DNA of 62,940 nt, filler included, from Licmophora abbreviata (Eukaryota): NCBI GenBank assembly GCA_900291995.1. It is 16 parts of 16 records of this genome, joined end to end, with 100 filler letters (N's around TTAATTAATTAA, not from the genome) between each part and the next. Parts side by side here need not be neighbours in the genome. Positions count along the whole stretch, not along the records: positions 1 to 5,667 come from OLMU01002047.1; positions 5,768 to 9,736 come from OLMU01002048.1; positions 9,837 to 11,599 come from OLMU01002049.1; 13 more parts are not named here. The stretch is one strand, 5' to 3'. The notes beneath the pieces are model-generated. The model did no database searches and was not told the DNA's origin. It saw nothing but the letters and a program-made list of their open reading frames with translations. Below, piece after piece: positions 1-10,092 of this stretch. Every line of letters starts with the position of its first letter. Position 1 is the stretch's first letter. The position numbers and the translations under genes are program-made.

Positions 1-1
1 A

Positions 2-724
2 ACGGGCTCCGCAGCTCCATCGCTGGTTGCATCGGCCGCCCCCAGCGTTGTCACCGTACCTTCGGGAATTCCTACGTCGTCCGTGAGTCCGACTGGTGAG
101 GCAAGCGATGTGCCCACATCTGCCCCTTCGTCTGCTCCTACAGACTCCGCCCCTCCTTCGGGTACTCTGTCCATGGAACCAACTATTGCTACTTCCTCCA
201 CACCGACATCGACTGTGGTTCCGACAGCTAGTGTGAGTCCGACTGCTGTCGCTAGCTCGGTTCCATCCAGTATGCCAACGGCAAGTGCAAGCCCATCGAC
301 AACTACGTCGGATGTGCCGACTACTGTGTCTAATAGTTTGGCTCCCTCAGAGCCGGCTGCTACCTCGGAGACGGTAGCTCCCACAGAGGGCTCGACTGCT
401 TCGATCAGTCCTAGTGAGACACCAACTGCCGTGTCATCATCAGCCTCGAATGCTCCTACGACTAACAGCTCGGACTCTCCAAGTTTTGCCCCGAATTCTG
501 AATCATCCAGTGCACCGTCAGTAGTAGCCACGCCAGTTCCGTCAGACGCTTCGGCGGCTCCGTCAGGCTCTTCAGCACCGCCGTCGAGCGCTTCGGCTGC
601 TCCTTCTGCGACCACTCCGGCTCCTTCCGTTGCACCGAGTGTTGTGCCGAGTGTGGCACCTTCGCGTGCCAGTGGCGGAGGTCTTTCGTTCAGCCAGCCG
701 ACGAAGGTTCCTGGAAGCCCATAA
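2..724 (+). CDS. Ser/Thr/Pro-rich mucin-like extracellular protein, C-terminal part (5' end outside window)
   Basis: Frame is open from base 2 (TGSAAPSLVASAAPS...) to TAA at 724; many PS/PT repeats (APSSAPT, VAPSVVPS). Confidence 0.75.
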   Translation, partial: TGSAAPSLVASAAPSVVTVPSGIPTSSVSPTGEASDVPTSAPSSAPTDSAPPSGTLSMEPTIATSSTPTSTVVPTASVSPTAVASSVPSSMPTASASPSTTTSDVPTTVSNSLAPSEPAATSETVAPTEGSTASISPSETPTAVSSSASNAPTTNSSDSPSFAPNSESSSAPSVVATPVPSDASAAPSGSSAPPSSASAAPSATTPAPSVAPSVVPSVAPSRASGGGLSFSQPTKVPGSP

Positions 725-1257
725 GGTGTACAACAAGAAGCGAGGTGTGTAGAGAGTAGGCGGAAAGATAAGATGATTCTGGTTGCGGGGAACGTTAATA
801 ATTGAACATGCCTTGTTTTTTTTCTGTATCGAATACTGGCAATTTATGCACCGTGGCTGTAAGCAAGGTTGTACTTGTAGTAATCAAGATACTACTTGCT
901 ATCTATTTTGCAACAATGCTCTAGGCAAGCAGCGAGCTTCGTTTCAAGTACGCATGGCTGATGTCAGTAGACGTAGCCATACCGGTACCGGTATGGACAT
1001 TCCCTTTCTAGACTCTAAAGGAAAGGTGTCACACACTGATAGGCGAACCGGCAATAGAGCAAAGAGCCACGTGTAAGTACGCGCCGCGGACCGCAGGTTT
1101 GTCGCCCGAACCTCTGTGTTCGATTTTGTTCTCTGTGATGATGCATCCAAAGAAAAGTGTGCTGCTGTGATTCTGTGACCATGACTAGGCTTGCTGTACG
1201 CTTCTCCCTTTTACTGGTGGTGTGCATGAAGTCAGAGTATTGTAGCGGTAGGCGGTC

Positions 1258-2430
1258 ATGGTGAAAGAAAGTCGAATAATGGGGCGACCCAAGAGAGGGC
1301 CGAAGCGTCGTCGACTTGATACTTCGTCGGCTATGCTCCTCGCGGTTCTGCTAGCGACGTCCGCATCACCCAGTTGCAGCGCTTCGTCCTCTTCCTCCTC
1401 CTCCTCAACCCAGTCATCAATCCAGCTCTCTTCGGATCATGCAAAAATTAGTCAAAATATAACTTCGCAAGGAACAGGGATACGACCGCCGGAAGACGAC
1501 AAAGGCAACGGCCCAGACGAGCTAGTTCAGACGGAGACCATCACGGAACCATCCACCACAAAGAAGAAGAAAAAAGAGAAGGCAATGGGATCCTCTTGTT
1601 CAAAAATAGGCAATTCTGTAGCTGGCGGACGGGAGGCAGCATCCTTGCGGCGAATTAAACGAGAGTGGCGCGATGCTGTCAAGCTGGGCATCGCGTACGA
1701 TTGGATCAAGATGGAAACGATATCGAGCTCCAAGGACAAAGATGAACAACAGCTATATGTGAGGGTGGGACCATGGGGAAAGAACCTGTTGCGGTGGCAT
1801 TTCTCGGTTCAGGGGCCTCCCGGCTCTCATTACGAAGGCGGCATCTATCATGGACGAGTGTTGCTGCCGCGAGACTACCCTGGCTCACCACCTCGGGTGC
1901 AGGTCCTCACACCGTCAGGGAGATTCATTCCAGGAGCCGATATATGCCTGAGTGCCTCTGCGTTTCATCCAGAGTCTTGGACGCCTCGGTGGAATATACT
2001 CTCCCTGATCGAAGCCTTGGGGCTTCACATGCTGACGAGTGCCAATGAAATTGGAGGCATGGATGCGACCCCAGATGAGCGGCGCAAGTATGCCCGTCAG
2101 AGTCGTACGTGGAGTCTCGGTCGAGGCGTAGATCATCGCCGCATGGTGGAGGCTGGGATCTTCCCATGGGCAGGGGATGGCACTAGCGACAAGACGGACG
2201 AAGCCTCGATGATTGATAGTACGATATCGCGAGGCGACGAGGGCGATGGCGGTTTTCTGATGACTCCCGTGAAGCAGACGGCCGAGATCCAGCTTCAGAA
2301 GCAACTGCCTCGACAAGTGACCGTGACAAGCGTGGTCATTCAAGCCTTTGTGGAGGTGCTCACCAGTCCACCGCGTCTCCTGATGCTCGCACTCCTTACA
2401 ATTTTTGTATACCTAAATAGACCAGGATAA
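1258..2430 (+). CDS. UBC6: Ubiquitin-conjugating enzyme E2, Ubc6/UBE2J family, with C-terminal membrane anchor and N-terminal extension
   Basis: WHFSVQGPPGSHYEGGIYHG, YPGSPP, TPSGRF, catalytic ICLSASAFHPESWTP; hydrophobic tail LLMLALLTIFVYL. Confidence 0.88.
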   Translation: MVKESRIMGRPKRGPKRRRLDTSSAMLLAVLLATSASPSCSASSSSSSSSTQSSIQLSSDHAKISQNITSQGTGIRPPEDDKGNGPDELVQTETITEPSTTKKKKKEKAMGSSCSKIGNSVAGGREAASLRRIKREWRDAVKLGIAYDWIKMETISSSKDKDEQQLYVRVGPWGKNLLRWHFSVQGPPGSHYEGGIYHGRVLLPRDYPGSPPRVQVLTPSGRFIPGADICLSASAFHPESWTPRWNILSLIEALGLHMLTSANEIGGMDATPDERRKYARQSRTWSLGRGVDHRRMVEAGIFPWAGDGTSDKTDEASMIDSTISRGDEGDGGFLMTPVKQTAEIQLQKQLPRQVTVTSVVIQAFVEVLTSPPRLLMLALLTIFVYLNRPG

Positions 2431-2438
2431 ACGCGTTT

Positions 2439-3301
2439 CTATCTTGTGAGCGAGACTGCTTCAGGTTGTTCATCCGACGTCACCCTGTTCTGTTCAATCG
2501 CCCCCTCGACATCGTCGCTATCGGCGAACGAGTATCTGTAAATCTCATCCATACTCTTCTTGAGACTCGGATGCAGTAGCTCGGGGCATTCCTCAAATAG
2601 AATCATGACAATGCCCCAAACCGATGCCGCAAACAGTGGATATCCATGTCCAAAGGGCACTTTGACTGGACTGCGCACGTGTAACCCCTGAGCAAGCGCC
2701 ACCAGTACGCGACTCGCCAAATACAAGACAACCTGGTAGTTGACACTGCTGTATCGTCCCCAAATGGTATATCCTCCGATGGCCCCTGCCATCAGCGCGT
2801 GATGGGATCGTTCTGGATGTCCCGGAGCCCGTGAAACGAGCCGCTGACCCCGGTGCGGGCCATCAACGATCAGATAGAGTATACTTCTACCAAGGGCGTG
2901 CCATACACTTTTGCTGTGAGCGCCCCCTGGAGGGTATATTCGGTGAACCCGACGCGATGCCCACTTGAGAGTGGCCAGGATCGTCTGCAAGATGATAACG
3001 CGACGAGCACACAAGTTGTGGAGTCAGGGCAAGCATTGATCATACCCAAAGAATCACGATATCGTACACGCACCTTATAGAGAGCCGCGAATGCTGCCAG
3101 GTTGGTGCTATGTTCCAGTACGAGCTTGAGAACAGTACGCAGTTTCTGTTGATGGGTCATGTCGCGCCGGAAGAGCAACGTCATGACCACCGCATGCGGA
3201 AATCGTATTTTCATTCCATAACGAGCTCCAGCCCATAGGCCCTCGGTGATGGCCTGGATCTCTGACGCCAAGGAGTGGGGGTGAAGAGAGGTATCCATCA
3301 T
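2439..3301 (-). CDS. PXMP4: Peroxisomal membrane protein 4 (Tim17/Pmp24 family); intron 2985-3073
   Basis: GARYGMKIRFPHAVVMTLLF, HSTNLAAFAALYK|TIL, GAIGGYTIWG, VNYQVVLYLASRV; the GT-AG intron joins two ORFs in frame. Confidence 0.9.
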
Positions 3302-3542
3302 TGTTGCAGCATATGCAGAGGGGCTCCATGTATCATGGCCGCCGGCATTCTGCGGGATTTGTCGTCTCGAGTCTGGCCGGCGCCGCCACCGGCTAGATCA
3401 GGTTGCTTACCGACCTCACGAGGAATCGTTTCCAACCTAATCACGTCACAGTTAGGGCATCTCACCATCATCCTCGTTGAAACGGGTACAGAAACGGCAC
3501 TCGTAGCTATCTCCTAAAGGATTCCTCTATTTATACAGTCTG

Positions 3543-5057
3543 TTAGAAAGCGATTGCCATCACTGCTACCAGAGATGTCCACAAGAATAACGTGCCAACC
3601 CCAACATTCCTCTGCAGCAATTTGCACGACGATGTGGGCGTACTAGTAGGCGTTGAACCACCGATGACTTGGTCCACTGATTCGGGAGCCTCGGTCGGGG
3701 GTATGGCCGTCGGCGATGAGCTTGAGGCAGACGTCGGCAATGAGCTTGAGGCAGACGTCGGTGATGAGCTTGAGGCAGACGTCGGCAATGAGCTTGCGGC
3801 GAACGTTGGCAATGAGCTCAAGGCAGACGTTGGCGATGAGCTTGCGGCGAACGTCGGCGAAGAGCTTAAGGCAGACGTTGGCGATGAGCTTGTCGCGAAA
3901 GTCGGCGATGAGCTTGCGGCTGACGTCGGTGGTGGGCTTGGAGTGGCTTGAAACTCCGGCGGTATCTCAGCCAGCTGATGGGATGAAAGAAATTCCCATG
4001 CTAAAGCTGTTGTGTCAATCGTAGTAGAAGCAGCGAAGGGCCGAGGAGGTGAAAACTCTCGAGCAAGGATGTATGGCGAATGTCCTGCAGTGGACAGCCT
4101 CAGGAATTGAACAATCGCGCCGTCGGAACACCCTGTCGACGTACGAGTTGTCAACCGCCCCTCTTCAACGATAAGATCCATTTCAGGTATGGCTAGATCT
4201 TCCTCACTTTGCTCTGTACAGCCATTCAGCTTTGAAAGCTCAAGAAACGCCGTTCGAAACGACGGCACATACAAGCCGTCGGCGTCATTCCCCTCGATCG
4301 ACACCACCGCATCTCTCTCCCCCATTACGGCCCATATTGGCGTCGGTGTGTAATCAGCTGCGGGTGGAGTCACCCACAGTCCAGAGAAACACGCCACGCC
4401 AGCGATGAAGTCCGAGTGCGTCATGGCCATGCCGAAGCTTGCGTAGCACCCATTCGAGTGCCCCGTCGTGTAGATCCGACGTGGATCAATCTCGACGACA
4501 CCCGAGGTGAAGACTGCAATCTGATCTACCACAAGTTTGCCAATTCTTCGCAGCACGTCCAGATCCCCGACTTGCAACGCCTCTGCCGTGCCCCCAGCAC
4601 AGCAGCACGACGAGGTTTCCTTGTCGGGGTCGGTAGCGTCGACCCCGGTGTGACCCGCTGGTACAGCCCAACAGATGTCCGAGTTTACGTCGGGATCGGT
4701 ATTTCCAATCGGCCAAACGACGACAAAACACTCAGACGTAGAAAGCTGCAGCCATCCTGAGTAGTCTGCAATACTGGCGGGACATGATCCAAAGCCATGC
4801 AGGTCGTAGACCAGCGGCGTCGATCCGGCGGCACATGCAGGAACATACGTGTAGAAACACCGTCTGCGATTGTTTTGAAAGTCCATGATGCATCGTCTTG
4901 GAATATCAACGCCCGGAAGTTTACCTTTCATTGCAGTCTCACTGACGTCGCAATCGGTATTGAGCGGACCGTCGTCCTGCGATCGCGTGACGCGACCAAG
5001 CAAGAGAACGACGACGGCAAGGAGCATCTGTATCCTCGTCATCACTGAGGACCTCAT
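3543..5057 (-). CDS. Secreted, probably GPI-anchored alpha/beta-hydrolase (LpqC/PHB-depolymerase/feruloyl-esterase-like)
   Basis: Signal peptide, LVYDLHGFG, IDPRRIYTTGHSNG nucleophile elbow, GERDAVV and AGH for the rest of the triad, Ser/Pro/Thr stalk, hydrophobic C-terminal tail. Confidence 0.8.
   Translation of the reverse strand: MRSSVMTRIQMLLAVVVLLLGRVTRSQDDGPLNTDCDVSETAMKGKLPGVDIPRRCIMDFQNNRRRCFYTYVPACAAGSTPLVYDLHGFGSCPASIADYSGWLQLSTSECFVVVWPIGNTDPDVNSDICWAVPAGHTGVDATDPDKETSSCCCAGGTAEALQVGDLDVLRRIGKLVVDQIAVFTSGVVEIDPRRIYTTGHSNGCYASFGMAMTHSDFIAGVACFSGLWVTPPAADYTPTPIWAVMGERDAVVSIEGNDADGLYVPSFRTAFLELSKLNGCTEQSEEDLAIPEMDLIVEEGRLTTRTSTGCSDGAIVQFLRLSTAGHSPYILAREFSPPRPFAASTTIDTTALAWEFLSSHQLAEIPPEFQATPSPPPTSAASSSPTFATSSSPTSALSSSPTFAASSSPTSALSSLPTFAASSLPTSASSSSPTSASSSLPTSASSSSPTAIPPTEAPESVDQVIGGSTPTSTPTSSCKLLQRNVGVGTLFLWTSLVAVMAIAF
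3709..3924 (-). repeat. Coding minisatellite, 9 x 24 bp, encoding SASSSSPT-like units
   Basis: The + strand unit GTCGGCGATGAGCTTGAGGCAGAC repeats with period 24 from 3709. Confidence 0.9.
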
Positions 5058-5448
5058 TGCTTTTCAAGTCTATAGATCGACCTGCTCGACAAAGGAGACA
5101 GATCGACAGTCAATGAATGCTTCCAGCGACGAGACACTCACACTGCGATCATCATGGCGCATCTCACCTCAATCGTATCAAGCAGGCGAAAAAGAAAAAG
5201 AGCGCCGCGCGTCTCTCTGTCTGGTCTGACCATCATCGGTCCTCAGTCGTATCTGTTGAGTCGAGGCAGTCGATTATGTCCGTAAGTCGTCAGTCATCGC
5301 TTTTCAAACGCGGCGATGATCGAACACAAACGCCGCCGGACGCGATGTTCGAATGTCTCTCTCAACTTTGAACACACACCCGCCATGGCCTATTGATTTT
5401 TCGTCGTCGTTACGGTTCCCATCCTGCCAGTCACATTTCATCTCTCCC

Positions 5449-6243
5449 ATGTCATCAAATCCTTCCATACCCAAACTTTCCGCGCCTCAGAACGAACTCT
5501 TAGTCAGACTCGGAACGAACTTTGAAACGGGCTTGACCGCCGACGAGGCCAGCACCCGCCGCGAGGAAAGCGGCTTCAATACTCTGACTCCCCCCATCAA
5601 CTGCCCCTCCTGGGTCTGCTGCTTACTTCCTTGTATCAAACATCTTTCGAGTATGAAGGCCTTTCGANNNNNNNNNNNNNNNNNNNNNNNNNNNNNNNNN
5701 NNNNNNNNNNNTTAATTAATTAANNNNNNNNNNNNNNNNNNNNNNNNNNNNNNNNNNNNNNNNNNNNCTTGTATCAAACATCTTTCGAGCATGAAGGCCT
5801 TTCGAAAATTAAAACCCGATGATGCCGAAGTGCTGCGAGGAGGTCGATGGGTGCGCTACGATGCAGCGGGCCTCGTCAAGGGTGATATCATTCGACTCGA
5901 AGAAGGAGACGTCGTTCCGGCGGATGGAGTCGTACTGGCGATGCAAGAGCGAAGTGATATGCTAGTGGATGTTCGAGGCGTAACTGGAGAGGACAAAGCA
6001 CGGAATATAATAGTGCTGGGTCATGGAGAGGAGGAGCAGTCGAAGATTTACTACGGAGGGCTTGTACTGCATGGTGCTGGTACCGCCGTCGTGACGGCTG
6101 TGGGATCTCAAACACTGCTGGCTCAATTAATTCAAGAAGGCAAGTTTCCCCCGAAAGAAAATGTCCTGCGTGGAAGAGACCTGCAGGGTGGCGAAGACGA
6201 CGAAGACTCAGGAATATCACTCATTTCTCGTAACGTAGTATAG
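5449..6243 (+). CDS. Short (~218 aa) protein containing only the P-type ATPase N-terminal and actuator domain; spans a gap with overlapping flanks
   Basis: GLTADEA...GFNTLTPP, AEVLRGG, LVKGDIIRLEEGDVVPADG, VTGED, G.AVVTAVGSQT, then stop. Bases 5630-5667 are repeated at 5768-5805. Confidence 0.75.
5668..5767. other. Artificial scaffold spacer N44-TTAATTAATTAA-N44 (first of 15; others start at 9737, 11600, 13034, 21500, 24630, 26326, 27438, 33409, 38123, 45298, 48472, 54569, 59601, 61122)
   Basis: Identical 100-nt layout each time; the 12-mer gives stop codons in all six frames. Confidence 0.98.
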
Positions 6244-6338
6244 AAACACATGGAAAGAAAAGCACGTGGCGAATCGATATCATCATTTCTATAGAGCTAC
6301 GTTTCTTCTCTCTTTCTCGACATCGTCCTTTGCTTTCT

Positions 6339-7241
6339 TTACTGCACAAACGTGTCTTCTTGTTCCGAATATTTTGGTCTCGCTTTCGGAAGTTGAATCG
6401 ACAGTACCACCAACCAAACTGGAAGCATAATGACCATTGCGTCAGTGAAATAAAGATGGCAAACTTGCTAAACGTACCCCACTCTTCAAAGCGCAGAACG
6501 TCGGCAGCAAAGTTGATGAAGCACAAGAATGCCATGAGCAGTCCCCATCGTGCCCACCAGATGCCAAAGGGCCGGAGCGAGGGACTCAGGGTACCGACGC
6601 TGTAATAAATCAGGGTCAGGATTCCAAACAGAGCAAGCCACTCGAAGGCGTCCACCCAAATGATCAATCCTGAAGAAAAGAGAAAGAGTGAGGGAAAAAT
6701 AAGTTCCGAGCTTCTTCCTTTCTAGAAGCAGCAACGCAAGTTATACATAGTCTAGAGACAACGCACCATTCGTGACGAGAAAGGTCACCTCAAGACTGCG
6801 CCATCCAATTTCGTCATTGGACCCCTCTCCGAGCCAATTATCCATATTGAAACTAAAGGCCATCCATTCCGCAGCATTGAATGCTCCAAAAAGTAATAAG
6901 CGCGTAATTAACTCGGTATACGAGCCCGCCATGACAAGCGCCGCCATGGCCGCATGGACTCCCACTTGCCGCTTCCCACCCCTCGACAAAATCCAGGCGA
7001 TTTGCAAAACAGGAATCGTAAATAGCAACCAGGCCATCGCATTGAGGATACCAGCACTGAGAATCAATGGACTTTCCTCCTTGCGATGGTCCCACTCGAT
7101 CTGCAGGTATTCTGGATCCAGCTCTCTCCAGCTGTTGAAGTCAAAATGAGCACGATTGCCGTACTTGACCTTGATCACAATGCCCATGATGTTGCTAGCC
7201 ATGAAGAAGAGGGCCGAAAAAATGCAAGTAATGTCCACCAT
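6339..7241 (-). CDS. Uncharacterised multi-pass membrane protein; intron 6670-6766; probable 1-nt frameshift near 6440
   Basis: Several hydrophobic helices; splice gives NG|LIIWVDAFEWL; a final helix MVIMLPVWLVVLSIQLP lies in the neighbouring frame. Confidence 0.65.
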
Positions 7242-7602
7242 GGTATATGATAGATTACTACGGAAGACTGTTTGCTCCTTTTCGGCGGTCTAAGCTGGTA
7301 GGACAAGCAGTGAACTGAATTGGAGGCAGTGAACGAGGTGGCTGTGGTCATCACATTCAACATGCATCTCTCATGGCGAGAGCGCCGAGCCGTTGCGTTT
7401 TTAGTTTTTACTTATTACACACGACTGCGAGAAATTTAGCGCGCGCCCAGCGTCTGTCTGCTGCTCCGCGCGATGCCAATGACGCTCTGTGGGTAGGCGG
7501 CGCCGCTTTCATGAAGTGCAGCACAAACTATGTTCACAGTGTTGCTGCTCGTTCGTTGCGTTTGTTCGCTTGCGAAGTCCTCAAGCTCCCATCACCATTG
7601 TA

Positions 7603-9705
7603 ATGTCGTCTCGTCATCGCACAAAGACGAAGAGTGGACTTCCACGATGGGCTCGTGTGAAGAAACGAAGTCCGAAACGGGCAGACATGACCGTCGCGAT
7701 ACCCGACGAAGAGCTCTACCTGCGAACACGATGTTACGTGGAGATGTCACGGAGCGTCGATCGCGCCTTGGAAACTGCACTCGTATCGCACATGGGGCCT
7801 CTTGTGACCGAGCTGCATCGTTTTTTCTTGTCTGTATCTCCATGGCAACAACAACAACAACAGCAGCAGACTACGGCGGCTAATACTGCTGCGGGGCGTG
7901 GTACTTTTACTACGGATGATGCTAGTACTAGTAGAAAGCGACCCAGGATCGACTGTGTTGATACATCAGAGGACTCGCTTGACGACGACTCGGCTCAGGG
8001 CGAATCCTTGCTGTTTACCTTCCACCCTCCCCAGCGCTACTCAGCAGAGCTACTGCCCGTCGCGGTACTGCACGGACCCCCCTGTATGCTCGATCGACAC
8101 GAACTCATGCACCACCTGTACGCAAAGTTGATCCATGGCGGGAGTCTTCGACCTGCCGTCTGCTGGTTGCGTCGTTTCGATGCGCGGCAAGCTACGGTTG
8201 CGACTCTTCTACAAGAAGTATTTCGACAATGCCTGGAACAAGATGATGATGTATCGTCCGACGCAGCGACCATGCTGCTGCACAGGCTTCGCAAGAAACG
8301 AGGGTCCGCAGCAGATGCTCTCCTCGAATGGGCCAAAGAGTGCAATAGTATGTTGGATTCGATTGTCATCATGGTGGAGGGCGTAGACACTTCCACCATG
8401 GGGTGGCAAGACTTCTTACAGTGTCTGTCGACACTGCGGTCACAGCATGGCGTACAGGTCTGTCTCCTCATGTGCTTGTCGCCAGGTGCCGGGGCGTCGT
8501 CGTCGGGTTTGAGACTACCGTCTTCTGTCCAAGGCATGGCAGGGATCGCCGTAAAAGAATATGCCTTGCCTTCTTCGCATGTCTTGTATGACTCTATTTG
8601 GAACACGTTATGGATCGATCGGCCGCTTCCCGTTAGTATTGCTCCTACCCTTCTCCGTTCGATGCGCGCGACGTTTGTCCATCAGAACTGTTCGGTGACG
8701 CATGCCATCATGGCATTGAAAAAGATACTAGCGCACCAGTTTATGGAGAGAGGATCCTTCATGAGAGGTGCGGATAGTGTTCCAGGTGAAGAAGATCGCA
8801 TGCAATGGTTCCATGTGGACGAGGAAGCGCAGAATTATGCCTTTTCGAAGGATGCTTGTACTCCTACATCATCTTGGAAGAGGCAAGTGCAAGAGAGCTC
8901 CGACGCACGAAGCGCCTTTCACACAGTATTGAGCGTCATTGCTCACGTTGTTTGCGAGACAAAGGGTGACGACAACCCGGATCTTCATGTAACCGTCCAG
9001 GATTTGTTAGAGCAATCGTTCTCCGACCGTGCTTATGCAACGTCGTCTTTGCGATCAAAGATCATTTCCCTGTTTCGTCGGTCGAGCAGTGACTCAATTT
9101 TGAAGTGTTTAATTCGCTACCGAAGGAAATTTGATGAGTCTGACGAGGCTCATAGATCTTCTTCTTCAAAACGACGCCTGCCGCCACAGTTGTCGACTCT
9201 TTATGAGCGCCTGAATGAACTGATTGTGTTGGTCGATCGAAGCTCTCGAGACCCAGACGAGCATCCATCGTGGTCGAAGGAGTTGTCAGAGATGATGGAG
9301 GCATGGATCTACGATGTTTACTGTGAAGGTTCAAAGCTACTGTCTCCACGAATCGAAACTTCTCCAGCCGTCGGATCGTCCATTGGGCCTGAACTGAGGA
9401 GATCGATTGCCGAAGCACTACTTGATTACGCCCCGGCCTCTAGTCAGGACCGGGATGTGAGCACCCTCCCGTCAGAGCTGTTTTCGCTCATCCGCGACTG
9501 CGTTGTGGTATCGAGGGAAGAGTGGTTTCGTCGCTTCTGGACTCAGTCCCCAGGCGAAGAAACGACGGTGCCAGAGATGTGGTCTCAGTTTGCACTTGGT
9601 GTGTACCAGCTAGAATTTCTTGGTCTCATTCAGGAGAAGAGCGGGCAAACAAAGTCGGAACGAGTTTATGAAAAGACCGCACTCGTGTGGTGCATCGGGG
9701 AGTAA
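7603..9705 (+). CDS. ORC3: Origin recognition complex subunit 3-like
   Basis: ELLPVAVL, IVIMVEGVD..WQDFLQCLS, FVHQNCSV..IMALK, and winged-helix end FALGVYQLEFLGLI...VYEKTALVW resemble ORC3; ~700 aa. Confidence 0.65.
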   Translation: MSSRHRTKTKSGLPRWARVKKRSPKRADMTVAIPDEELYLRTRCYVEMSRSVDRALETALVSHMGPLVTELHRFFLSVSPWQQQQQQQQTTAANTAAGRGTFTTDDASTSRKRPRIDCVDTSEDSLDDDSAQGESLLFTFHPPQRYSAELLPVAVLHGPPCMLDRHELMHHLYAKLIHGGSLRPAVCWLRRFDARQATVATLLQEVFRQCLEQDDDVSSDAATMLLHRLRKKRGSAADALLEWAKECNSMLDSIVIMVEGVDTSTMGWQDFLQCLSTLRSQHGVQVCLLMCLSPGAGASSSGLRLPSSVQGMAGIAVKEYALPSSHVLYDSIWNTLWIDRPLPVSIAPTLLRSMRATFVHQNCSVTHAIMALKKILAHQFMERGSFMRGADSVPGEEDRMQWFHVDEEAQNYAFSKDACTPTSSWKRQVQESSDARSAFHTVLSVIAHVVCETKGDDNPDLHVTVQDLLEQSFSDRAYATSSLRSKIISLFRRSSSDSILKCLIRYRRKFDESDEAHRSSSSKRRLPPQLSTLYERLNELIVLVDRSSRDPDEHPSWSKELSEMMEAWIYDVYCEGSKLLSPRIETSPAVGSSIGPELRRSIAEALLDYAPASSQDRDVSTLPSELFSLIRDCVVVSREEWFRRFWTQSPGEETTVPEMWSQFALGVYQLEFLGLIQEKSGQTKSERVYEKTALVWCIGE

Positions 9706-10092
9706 AATAAACGATCTTTCTGCGGTGCTCTTTCATNNNNNNNNNNNNNNNNNNNNNNNNNNNNNNNNNNNNNNNNNNNNTTAATTAATTAANNNNNNNN
9801 NNNNNNNNNNNNNNNNNNNNNNNNNNNNNNNNNNNNAAATAAACTTCCTAATACGATCTTTCTGCGGTGCTCTTTCATGCAAAAATATAAATTATCTAGC
9901 CATGTCGTCTCATACGGCGTCCTCCATTAGTTTTCGATGGCGATTTCCAAAACCGCCAACTTGACCTTTCGGTACAACGTAGTAGACCACAATCCATGAA
10001 CAATTCTTTACTTATCCTCCGACGCGGAGCTTCTCTCAAACACACTGTCACAAACAACTAAAAATAGCGCACATCGCACAAGCAGAGCTAGC

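Noticed and set aside
3709..3924. 24-bp repeats as a CRISPR array
   Set aside because: No spacers; in-frame coding tandem repeat in a eukaryotic gene.
3592..4024. Repetitive + strand ORFs (DELEADVG and MSLRQTS repeats)
   Set aside because: Antisense shadows of the esterase's 24-bp coding repeat.
5712..5723. TTAATTAATTAA recurring 15 times, like a repeat array or PacI sites
   Set aside because: Always centred in a 100-nt N spacer; an artificial six-frame-stop linker.
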